64,000 bases of DNA from NCBI GenBank assembly GCA_905479165.1, contig CAJQLK010000042.1, forward strand, positions 246 through 64,245. Reading direction: 5' to 3'. Shown in pieces: positions 57,032 to 64,000 of the stretch. A program made the position numbers and the translations under genes. The notes below the pieces were generated by a model, which was not told the origin of the DNA, did not search any database, and saw nothing but the letters and a program-made list of their open reading frames with translations. The first letter of the stretch is position 1, and each line of letters begins with the position of its first letter. This stretch comes from an uncultured Flavobacteriales bacterium. Lineage in GTDB: Bacteria > Bacteroidota > Bacteroidia > Flavobacteriales > BACL11.

Positions 57032-57352
57032 ATGGCAAGTGAAACAAATGGAAATTGGTGGATTTGGAAGGTTTTTTGGATATTATTATTTATTACAGCA
57101 TTTGAAGTTGCTCTTGGAATAATTAAGCCATCCTTTTTAGTAGACACAATCTTTTTAGGTACAAAATTAATAAACCATGTATTTATTATTTTAACTATTA
57201 TAAAAGCAGCATATATAATCAATCAATTTATGCATTTAGGACATGAAAAAGTTACTCTAAAATGGACAATATTATTGCCTGCACTTATACTGGTACCATA
57301 TTTGTTATTTATTCTTTTAAATGAAGGATTCTACACCTATTTGAAAATTTAA
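57032..57352 (+). CDS. Cytochrome c oxidase subunit IV family small membrane protein
   Basis: 106 aa and 3 TM, positioned after subunit III as in Bacteroidetes/Bacillus cta operons. Confidence 0.65.
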   Translation: MASETNGNWWIWKVFWILLFITAFEVALGIIKPSFLVDTIFLGTKLINHVFIILTIIKAAYIINQFMHLGHEKVTLKWTILLPALILVPYLLFILLNEGFYTYLKI

Positions 57353-57365
57353 GTTTTTAAATATT

Positions 57366-58046
57366 ATGAAGATAGAAAAAATAACACTTCTTTTCTTAAT
57401 ATTGGCTTTACCCGCTATTATGTACTTTTATTTAACAAGAGGGTATAATAATTTTATTAAATTAGAGATTATAGGGGAAGCAGATTATAGTATTGATGAT
57501 TTTAGTTTTATTAATCAAGAAAATGATACTATTACAAAGGATAGTCTTTTAGGGTCAATTTATGTTGCAAATTTTTTCTTTACATCTTGCCCTACTATTT
57601 GTCCAACAATGACGAGAAATATGTCATATTTACAAGATAAACTTAGTGTTTATCCTAATATTAGGTTTTTATCTCATACCGTTGACCCTGATAATGATAC
57701 GCCAGAAAAATTAAGTGCCTATATTAATTTAATGCAACAAAAAAATATTAGCATTGATTTATCTAATTGGGATTTTGTGACTGGCGATAAAGATAAATTA
57801 TATGCATCAGCAGCAAACTATTTTGTTAATGCTAGCGTTGATTCATTAGCTCCTGGAGGATTTTTACATTCAGAGTATTTTATTTTAATTGACAAACAGG
57901 GAAGAGTTAGATCTGGTATTGATATAAATGGAAATGTTGTTGGCGCATATGATGGCACTAATGAAGTCCAGATGAAGGACCTTATAAATGACATTAATGT
58001 TCTAATGGCGGAATACAAAAGACCCTTAAAGGATGCTAAAGATTAA
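57366..58046 (+). CDS. SCO family copper chaperone/thiol-disulfide protein
   Basis: 226 aa. It has an N-terminal TM anchor, the motif FFFTSCPTICP and a downstream conserved His (GFLHSE). Confidence 0.88.
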   Translation: MKIEKITLLFLILALPAIMYFYLTRGYNNFIKLEIIGEADYSIDDFSFINQENDTITKDSLLGSIYVANFFFTSCPTICPTMTRNMSYLQDKLSVYPNIRFLSHTVDPDNDTPEKLSAYINLMQQKNISIDLSNWDFVTGDKDKLYASAANYFVNASVDSLAPGGFLHSEYFILIDKQGRVRSGIDINGNVVGAYDGTNEVQMKDLINDINVLMAEYKRPLKDAKD

Positions 58047-58266
58047 ATTATTTGTTTTAGTCATCTTAATGACTTTTTTCAATTCTCTCAGCCTTGCTCA
58101 GTGTGCAATGTGTAAGTCTGTTGTGGAGGCTAACTTGGAAGCAGGAGACACTAAAGGGGCAGGTTTAAATGATGGAATTTTGTTTTTAATGTCTATGCCA
58201 TATATAGCAGTATTTTTATTTGGAGTATTTTACTACTTGCAAAAAAAGAAAGCTAAAGTAGCTTGA
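58033..58266 (+). CDS. Small exported CxxC protein with a C-terminal TM anchor (77 aa), cox-cluster associated
   Basis: The signal peptide ends SLSLA-QCAMCK. After a soluble linker there is one TM helix and a KKKAK tail. It overlaps the SCO gene by 14 nt. Confidence 0.55.
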   Translation: MLKIKLFVLVILMTFFNSLSLAQCAMCKSVVEANLEAGDTKGAGLNDGILFLMSMPYIAVFLFGVFYYLQKKKAKVA

Positions 58267-58276
58267 GTCAATTAAT

Positions 58277-59167
58277 ATGAATTTATTCAAATACTATGTA
58301 CAACTTTTAAAATTCAGACTATCTATTACTGTTGTTTTTTCAGCAATGGTTGGTTACCTTTTAGGAATTGAAAACTTTGTATTTAATGAGTTTATATTTT
58401 TGATAGTGGGAGGTTTTTTCGTTACTGGATCCGCAAATGGTTTTAATCAAATTCTTGAAAAAGATAAAGATAAATTAATGGAAAGAACTGCTGATAGACC
58501 TTTGCCTCAAGGTAATCTTTCAGTATTCCAGGCAGTAATTTTTTGTATCACAATGGCATCGATAGGGTTATATCTTTTAAACTTTATAAATCCTCAAGGA
58601 AGTTTTTATGGATTTATGTCCAAATCTTCTTTATTTGGTTTAGTTTCTATCCTGCTCTATGTCCTTTCGTACACTCCTTTAAAGAGAGTTTCAACTATAT
58701 CTATCTTTGTGGGGGCTATTCCTGGCGCTATTCCATTTTTATTGGGCTGGGTAGCTGCTACTGATGATTTTGGAATGGCAGCAGGCACTTTGTTTGCAAT
58801 TCAGTTTTTTTGGCAATTCCCTCACTTTATTGCTATTGCTTGGGTACTTAATGATGAATATAAAAAAGCAGGATTTAAGATGCTTTTTGGGGGCGAGAAG
58901 AATACATATCCAGCAGTAATCTCAATTTCCACTTCACTGTGCATGACACTTATTTCGGTTGTTCCTTTCTTTTGGAGTTATACAGATTTAACTCTTTCAA
59001 TCTATGCTTTTATTCTGATTTTAATTTTAGGGGTTTGGTTTACATACAAGTCATATGATTTGTACAAAGAAACTACTGATGAAAGTGCAAAAAAGTTAAT
59101 GTTAGCTTCCTTTGCATACCTTCCATTAATGCAAATTATTTATGTTTTGGATAATTTCTTTTTCTAA
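58277..59167 (+). CDS. cyoE: Protoheme IX farnesyltransferase (heme O synthase)
   Basis: 296 aa with UbiA-family motifs (NQILEKDKDKLMERTADRPLP). Confidence 0.9.
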   Translation: MNLFKYYVQLLKFRLSITVVFSAMVGYLLGIENFVFNEFIFLIVGGFFVTGSANGFNQILEKDKDKLMERTADRPLPQGNLSVFQAVIFCITMASIGLYLLNFINPQGSFYGFMSKSSLFGLVSILLYVLSYTPLKRVSTISIFVGAIPGAIPFLLGWVAATDDFGMAAGTLFAIQFFWQFPHFIAIAWVLNDEYKKAGFKMLFGGEKNTYPAVISISTSLCMTLISVVPFFWSYTDLTLSIYAFILILILGVWFTYKSYDLYKETTDESAKKLMLASFAYLPLMQIIYVLDNFFF

Positions 59168-60174
59168 GATTTAGAAAAAATAAAGAGAGAGTATGTAGTT
59201 GCTGTTAGCAAGAAAAAAGCACCAATTTGATGTAGAGCTGCAAGCCAAATAGGGACTACTAAAATCAAAGTAAAAATACCTAAGACTGTTTGTAGTAGCA
59301 CAATCCCTAGTAGGAAATTAAGAGACCTTTTCTGATTGTTTGCTAATTCTAATTTTTGGCCTTTCTTCCAAATGTAAATTACAAAGGCAACTAAAACTAA
59401 TGCAAGAATTCTATGAATAAATTGAACACCATACCTTCCTTCAACAAAATTTTTCCATAATGGCTCAAGTTGATATACAGCATCAGCAATCCAATATTCA
59501 CCCATTTTTGGCCATGTATTAAATCCAATTCCTGCATTTAAACCAGCTACAAATCCTCCATAAATAATTTGAATAATTACTAAAATCATCAATATTTTTA
59601 TTAGGCCAAGAAGTAAAGTATTTCCACTTCTTTTTTTTGTAAAAATAAGTGGTAAAACTACCCAAAAGGTAAATGCAAAAGTTAAAAATGCTGTGATTAA
59701 ATGCACTGCTAATCTGAAATGACTTACATCAGGATTATTTACTAAACCACTTTTCACCATCCACCAACCAATTGCTCCTTGCATAGCTCCCATCAGAAGT
59801 AAAATAGAGGTTTGAACAATTAGTTTTTTGTTTAATCTTTTCTTTATCAGAAAATAAATGAAGGGTATGATAAATATTAATCCTAATAATCTTCCAATCA
59901 TTCTGTGTAAATATTCCCAGAAAAATATATATTTAAATTCAGATAATGTACAGTTAAAATTAATTTTTTGGTATTCAGGATATGCCTTATAAAGGTTGAA
60001 AGTTTCTTTCCATTCTGTTTCATTTAAAGGGGGTATGGCTCCCATAAATAAATTCCACTTTACCATTGAAAGTCCAGAATCTGTTAAGCGAGTAATCCCA
60101 CCTACAAGTACCATAATAAAGATTAAAGTACAACCAGATAATAACCAATATATTACGGCTTTGTCCTTTTGCAT
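59164..60174 (-). CDS. ctaA: Heme A synthase (COX15/CtaA family)
   Basis: 336 aa and 8 TM, with conserved His residues in EYLHRMIG and FIHRILA contexts. It is convergent with cyoE, overlapping it by 4 nt. Confidence 0.85.
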   Translation of the reverse strand: MQKDKAVIYWLLSGCTLIFIMVLVGGITRLTDSGLSMVKWNLFMGAIPPLNETEWKETFNLYKAYPEYQKINFNCTLSEFKYIFFWEYLHRMIGRLLGLIFIIPFIYFLIKKRLNKKLIVQTSILLLMGAMQGAIGWWMVKSGLVNNPDVSHFRLAVHLITAFLTFAFTFWVVLPLIFTKKRSGNTLLLGLIKILMILVIIQIIYGGFVAGLNAGIGFNTWPKMGEYWIADAVYQLEPLWKNFVEGRYGVQFIHRILALVLVAFVIYIWKKGQKLELANNQKRSLNFLLGIVLLQTVLGIFTLILVVPIWLAALHQIGAFFLLTATTYSLFIFSKS

Positions 60175-60705
60175 TTAGATGTAGTAAGGAGAGATTAAAA
60201 CATAAACTAAAACTCCAGTGAATGAGACATAAAGCCACATTGGGAATGTGATTCTTGCAATCTTTTTATGGTGCTCAAAATTTTCTTTTAAAGCCCTGGA
60301 TAATGTAATTAATACCATTGGCATAATAACTGCTGAAAGTGTAATGTGTGAAATTAATATAAAATAATAAAAGTACTTGATAAATCCTTCTCCTCCAAAC
60401 TTCACTGACTCATGTGTTAAGTGATGCGTGATATATGATAATAAGAAAATAGTTGAGAGTATTAATGCAAGATAAATCAATTTTTGGTGCAATGCTCTAT
60501 TCCCATTTTTAATTGCTTTTACTGCAAAGATTAACGTAAAGAAAACAGTCCCATTTACAATTGCGTTTAGTAGTGGTAAAAAGTCAATTTCAAAACCACT
60601 AACTTTAGGAGTTACATAAAGTATTGCTACTACAACTGGTATAATAATTGATAAGATAATAATTATTGGCTTGTGATTCATAAAGTTAGTTTTGAGTTTA
60701 TACAA
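60175..60705 (-). CDS. DUF420-family membrane protein (cox-assembly associated)
   Basis: 176 aa and 4 TM, with the HKKIARITFPMWLYVSFTG motif typical of DUF420/YozB from memory. It lies directly upstream of ctaA. Confidence 0.7.
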   Translation of the reverse strand: MYKLKTNFMNHKPIIIILSIIIPVVVAILYVTPKVSGFEIDFLPLLNAIVNGTVFFTLIFAVKAIKNGNRALHQKLIYLALILSTIFLLSYITHHLTHESVKFGGEGFIKYFYYFILISHITLSAVIMPMVLITLSRALKENFEHHKKIARITFPMWLYVSFTGVLVYVLISPYYI

Positions 60706-60706
60706 T

Positions 60707-62449
60707 TTAGTTTAAGTTTAAATGTAGTTCTTGTAATTGTTCTTCATCAATATCTGAAGGCGAATCAATCATCACATCTCTACCAGAGTTATTTTTAGGG
60801 AATGCAATAAAATCGCGGATACTTTCATGTCCTCCCATAATTGCACATAAACGGTCAAAGCCAAAAGCAACTCCACCATGTGGAGGTGCTCCATATTCAA
60901 AAGCTTCCATCAAAAATCCGAATTGATCTTTTGCTTCTTTATCTGTAAATCCAAGATGTTTAAACATGAGTTTTTGTAAATTTCTATCATGTATTCTAAT
61001 ACTTCCACCACCTATCTCATTTCCGTTCATCACAAGATCATAAGCATTGGCACGAACTGCTGCTGGGGCAGTATCTAGTTTTGCAATATCATCAGGTTTT
61101 GGTGAAGTAAACGGGTGATGCATTGCATGGTATCTTTCAGTATCTTCATCCCATTCTAACAATGGAAAATCTAACACCCATAAAGGGGCAAATACCTCAG
61201 GATTTCTTAGTCCTAATTCTTCTGCTAAGTGCAATCTTAATATTCCTAATGCTTTTCTTGTTTTATCTAATCCTCCTGACATTATTAGCAACAAGTCACC
61301 ATCTTCACAACCTGCCTTTGCTGCCCATGCTCTTCTAGCATCTTTATCAAAAAACTTATCTACTGTTGATTTTGATGTTCCGTCCTCATTGAATTTACAA
61401 TAAATAAGTCCTGTTGCACCGACTTGTGGTATTTTTACAAAGTTGACTAATTTATCTAATTGCTTCCGCGTATAGTTTGCACATCCTTTTGCATTAATAG
61501 CAAGTATTGCTTCTGAGTTATCAAACACCCCAAAATCTTTTCCTTGGCATTCGGCATTCATTTCTACAAAAGCCATATCAAATCGAATATCTGGTTTGTC
61601 TGATCCATATAAACGCATGGCATCATCATAAGTGATCCTTGGGAATTCATTCAGCTCAATTCCTTTTACTTCTTTAAGTAAATGCCTTGTTAATCCTTCA
61701 AACATATTTAGGATATCTTCTTGTTCAATAAAGGACATTTCACAGTCAATTTGAGTAAACTCTGGTTGTCTGTCGGCACGCAAATCTTCATCCCTAAAGC
61801 ATTTCACGATTTGATAATATTTGTCAATTCCACCTACCATGAGCAGTTGCTTAAAGGTTTGTGGAGATTGTGGTAAAGCATAAAACTGCTTTTTGTTCAT
61901 TCTACTTGGCACTACAAAATCCCTTGCTCCTTCAGGTGTTGATTTAATTAAGTAAGGCGTTTCTACCTCAATAAATCCTTCAGAGTTTAAAAAGTTTCTT
62001 GTTTCAGTAGAAACTTTTGCTCTTAGGATTAAGTTTTCTTTAACAGGATTTCTTCTGATATCTAAATAGCGGTATTTCATTCTTATTTCATCACCACCAT
62101 CTGTTTCATCTTCAATTGTAAAAGGTGGCGTTTTCGAAGCATTAAGAATTGTTAAAATACTAACCTCAATTTCAATTTCACCTGTATGGATATTTTTATT
62201 TTTTGATGTTCTTTCAATCACTTTACCTTCAACTTGGATAACAAATTCTCTACCTATTTTTCTGGCATCAGAACATAAATCAGCATTTACATCCATATTA
62301 AACGCTAATTGAGTAATACCGTATCTATCTCTCAAATCAACAAAAGTCATACCTCCTAAATCTCTTGTTTTTTGAACCCATCCACTTAGGGTTACTTTTT
62401 CTGAAACATTATTTATGTTTAACGTTCCGCAATTGTGTGTTCTTAACAT
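60707..62449 (-). CDS. aspS: Aspartate--tRNA ligase
   Basis: It shows class IIb motifs ([31 protein letters not shown]). The start is set at M27 (MLRTHNCG) because a TAAATTTG box lies 18 nt upstream of it, inside the longer ORF. Confidence 0.93.
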   Translation of the reverse strand: MLRTHNCGTLNINNVSEKVTLSGWVQKTRDLGGMTFVDLRDRYGITQLAFNMDVNADLCSDARKIGREFVIQVEGKVIERTSKNKNIHTGEIEIEVSILTILNASKTPPFTIEDETDGGDEIRMKYRYLDIRRNPVKENLILRAKVSTETRNFLNSEGFIEVETPYLIKSTPEGARDFVVPSRMNKKQFYALPQSPQTFKQLLMVGGIDKYYQIVKCFRDEDLRADRQPEFTQIDCEMSFIEQEDILNMFEGLTRHLLKEVKGIELNEFPRITYDDAMRLYGSDKPDIRFDMAFVEMNAECQGKDFGVFDNSEAILAINAKGCANYTRKQLDKLVNFVKIPQVGATGLIYCKFNEDGTSKSTVDKFFDKDARRAWAAKAGCEDGDLLLIMSGGLDKTRKALGILRLHLAEELGLRNPEVFAPLWVLDFPLLEWDEDTERYHAMHHPFTSPKPDDIAKLDTAPAAVRANAYDLVMNGNEIGGGSIRIHDRNLQKLMFKHLGFTDKEAKDQFGFLMEAFEYGAPPHGGVAFGFDRLCAIMGGHESIRDFIAFPKNNSGRDVMIDSPSDIDEEQLQELHLNLN

Positions 62450-62467
62450 GTTTAAAAATATTTGCTG

Positions 62468-62475
62468 CAAATTTA
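62468..62475 (-). promoter_or_regulatory. -7 promoter box TAAATTTG for aspS
   Basis: Exact TAnnTTTG on the minus strand, 18 nt before the ATG at 62449. Confidence 0.45.
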
Positions 62476-62481
62476 ACACAT

Positions 62482-62489
62482 TAGTTTTG
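62482..62489 (+). promoter_or_regulatory. -7 promoter box TAGTTTTG for tadA
   Basis: Exact TAnnTTTG, 12 nt before the ATG at 62502. Confidence 0.4.
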
Positions 62490-62501
62490 TAATTTCGCAC
62501 T

Positions 62502-62948
62502 ATGCAAATAAATCCTTTCGATGACACTTATTTTATGAAAGAAGCCTTGAAAGAGGCACAAAAATCATATTTAAAAGATGAGGTTCCAGTTGGCGCAGTT
62601 ATAGTTTGTGAAAATCAAATTATTGCAAGAGCTCATAATTATACAGAAACTTTAAATGATGTAACTGCTCATGCCGAGATGCAAGCTTTTACTGCTGCTG
62701 CTGATTATTTAGGAGGAAAATACTTAAATGAATGCACATTATACGTAACATTAGAACCTTGCGTAATGTGTGGAGGAGCATCCTATTGGACGCAATTAAA
62801 AAAAATTTTTTTTGGAGCTAACGATGAAAAAAGAGGATTCTCCTTACTTTCAGAAAATATTTTACATCCAAAAACTGAAGTCGAAAGCGGATTAATGAAA
62901 GAAGAATGCAGTAAATTATTAACTGATTTTTTTCAATCAAAAAGATAA
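62502..62948 (+). CDS. tadA: tRNA adenosine(34) deaminase
   Basis: 148 aa with the CDA zinc motifs HAEM and PCVMCGGA. Confidence 0.9.
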   Translation: MQINPFDDTYFMKEALKEAQKSYLKDEVPVGAVIVCENQIIARAHNYTETLNDVTAHAEMQAFTAAADYLGGKYLNECTLYVTLEPCVMCGGASYWTQLKKIFFGANDEKRGFSLLSENILHPKTEVESGLMKEECSKLLTDFFQSKR

Positions 62949-62955
62949 ATAAGCG

Positions 62956-62963
62956 TATTTTTG
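62956..62963 (+). promoter_or_regulatory. -7 promoter box TATTTTTG for the bacilliredoxin gene
   Basis: Exact TAnnTTTG, 21 nt before the ATG at 62985. Confidence 0.45.
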
Positions 62964-62984
62964 CGCCAATAAAAATAAAAAATT

Positions 62985-63401
62985 ATGAATTATCCAGAAG
63001 AAATGTGTGCGCCTATGCGTGCCGATTTAACATCAGTAGGTTTTGTAGAATTAAAAACATCTGAAGCAGTATCGGATTTACTAGATAAAAAAGCAGGAAC
63101 TGTATTAGTTATGGTAAATTCAGTATGTGGTTGTGCAGCAGGAAACGCTAGGCCAGCCGTAAAAATGACAACTAAATTTGATAAGAAAGTGGATACTTTT
63201 GCTACTGTATTTGCTGGACAAGATATTGGTGCTGTTGCTAAAGCAAGAGAATACATGGCTCCATTTCCTCCTTCATCACCAGCAATTGCAGTTTTTAAAG
63301 ATGGGAAATTAGTTCATTTTATTGAACGTCATCATATTGAAGGTCGTTCAGCTGAAATGATTGCTGAAAATATTAAAGATTGTTTTGATCAAATCTGTTA
63401 A
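62985..63401 (+). CDS. BrxA/BrxB-family bacilliredoxin (DUF1094/YphP-like)
   Basis: 138 aa. It has VNSVCGCAAG (the CGC redox motif), FAGQD and SSP..A.FKDGKLVHFIERH, closely mirroring B. subtilis YphP from memory. Confidence 0.85.
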   Translation: MNYPEEMCAPMRADLTSVGFVELKTSEAVSDLLDKKAGTVLVMVNSVCGCAAGNARPAVKMTTKFDKKVDTFATVFAGQDIGAVAKAREYMAPFPPSSPAIAVFKDGKLVHFIERHHIEGRSAEMIAENIKDCFDQIC

Positions 63402-63430
63402 GAATTTGCGCTTAATTTTTAGTTAATTTA

Positions 63431-63455
63431 GAGGTGATATTCACCTCTTTTTTTT
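63431..63455 (+). terminator. Rho-independent terminator after the bacilliredoxin gene
   Basis: GAGGTGA-TAT-TCACCTC, a 7-bp stem, followed by T8. Confidence 0.8.
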
Positions 63456-63548
63456 ACTTCAATTTTTTGAAGAAAATATTTATGGTGAAGTGTTTAAAAA
63501 ATTTGTATCTTGCGAGCTTAATAAAAGATTATAAATATTTTTAATAAT

Positions 63549-64000
63549 ATGAAGAGGATATTACTTTTTGCATGTGTCATTTTTTTGAGTTTGACTACTG
63601 AATTATTTGCTCAACCTATAAATCTAACAACCACAAATATTTTAGCTAATAGTGCAGATTTAAATTGGGATGCTTCTCCTTGCGGTGGCAATGTAACTTT
63701 ACACTATAAAGTACTTGGGACAGCCTGGCCAGGGTTATCTGTTAGTAATCCGGCTACATCTCCTTATGCTTTAACAGCTTTAAATCTTAACACTTCTTAC
63801 GAGTGGAGAGTAAAATGTTCAGGCACTAATACTTGGTCTTCTATACAGAGTTTTTCTACAGGTCTTACGGGCTGTACAGATGCTTCAGCATGTAACTATG
63901 ATCCTATGGCTACTACAGATGATGGCTCTTGTAATTTACCTGATGGTTGCACAAATACTAGCGCTGCAAATTATGACCCATCAGCTGTATGTGATGACGG
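63549..64000 (+). CDS. Secreted protein (partial; continues past the window) with an FN3-like domain followed by repeated Cys-rich CNYDP motifs
   Basis: The signal peptide is MKRILLFACVIFLSLTTELFA-Q. An FN3-like segment follows (LTTTNILANSADLNWDA...YEWRVK...SFST). Then come GCTDASACNYDPMATTDDGSC and GCTNTSAANYDPSAVCDDG. Confidence 0.7.
   Translation, partial: MKRILLFACVIFLSLTTELFAQPINLTTTNILANSADLNWDASPCGGNVTLHYKVLGTAWPGLSVSNPATSPYALTALNLNTSYEWRVKCSGTNTWSSIQSFSTGLTGCTDASACNYDPMATTDDGSCNLPDGCTNTSAANYDPSAVCDD

Noticed and set aside
62450-62527. Long N-terminal extensions given by the ORF track for aspS (26 extra aa). The same issue affects the S46 peptidase (19 aa), rluF (4 aa), the DUF2061 gene, the Ig-like lipoprotein, the lipoproteins at 46032 and 47642, and the 86-aa miniprotein.
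   Set aside because: In each case a perfect TAnnTTTG box or a better signal-peptide or lipobox start lies inside the extension, and the conserved family N-terminus begins at the downstream Met. Starts were moved accordingly.
1-64000. Searched the whole window for rRNA/tRNA-like GC-rich segments, CRISPR-style regularly spaced repeats, transposase/integrase/recombinase ORFs, phage genes and known defence-system genes.
   Set aside because: None were seen. All intergenic gaps are short and AT-rich, the largest being 390 bp at 27503-27893. Every long ORF has a housekeeping or ordinary accessory assignment, and composition looks uniform by eye, so there is no sign of an island.

Overview
AT-rich (about one-third G+C by eye) chromosomal core region of a Bacteroidota, probably Flavobacteriia-like, genome. 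The lineage call rests on TAnnTTTG -7 promoter boxes before most operons, an S46 peptidase, a b558-type SdhC, Bacteroidetes-type long PurF and NrdJ, a glutaminyl cyclase, and LTD/CotH and FN3 secreted proteins. About 60 densely packed genes are present, nearly all housekeeping. They include a complete suf Fe-S operon (iscA-like, sufBCDSE, DUF59) with two extra DUF genes, sdhCAB, and an aa3-type cytochrome c oxidase cluster with assembly genes (SCO, ctaB, ctaA, DUF420). Also present are purF, purQ, purD, nrdJ, polA, lepA, cysS, aspS, thiL, gmk, nadD, tadA, queD and trhO. I found no rRNA, tRNA, CRISPR array, transposase, integrase or recognisable defence gene. The best candidate for something undescribed is a translationally coupled four-gene module at 3005-5535: a GAD/CSAD-type PLP decarboxylase, a protein with His/His/Cys motifs like circularly permuted NlpC/P60 (LRAT-like) enzymes, an 89-aa CxxC protein and a CPDC glutaredoxin-like protein. 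That reading is motif-level inference only and needs database and structure checks. Lesser observations: two genes broken by single-base deficits in A-runs, one of which also carries an in-frame TAG; uncharacterised genes riding on the suf and cox operons; tandem paralogous two-TM miniproteins; a structured nrdJ leader; an SDR gene remnant; and consistent -7 box geometry, including three near-leaderless cases.
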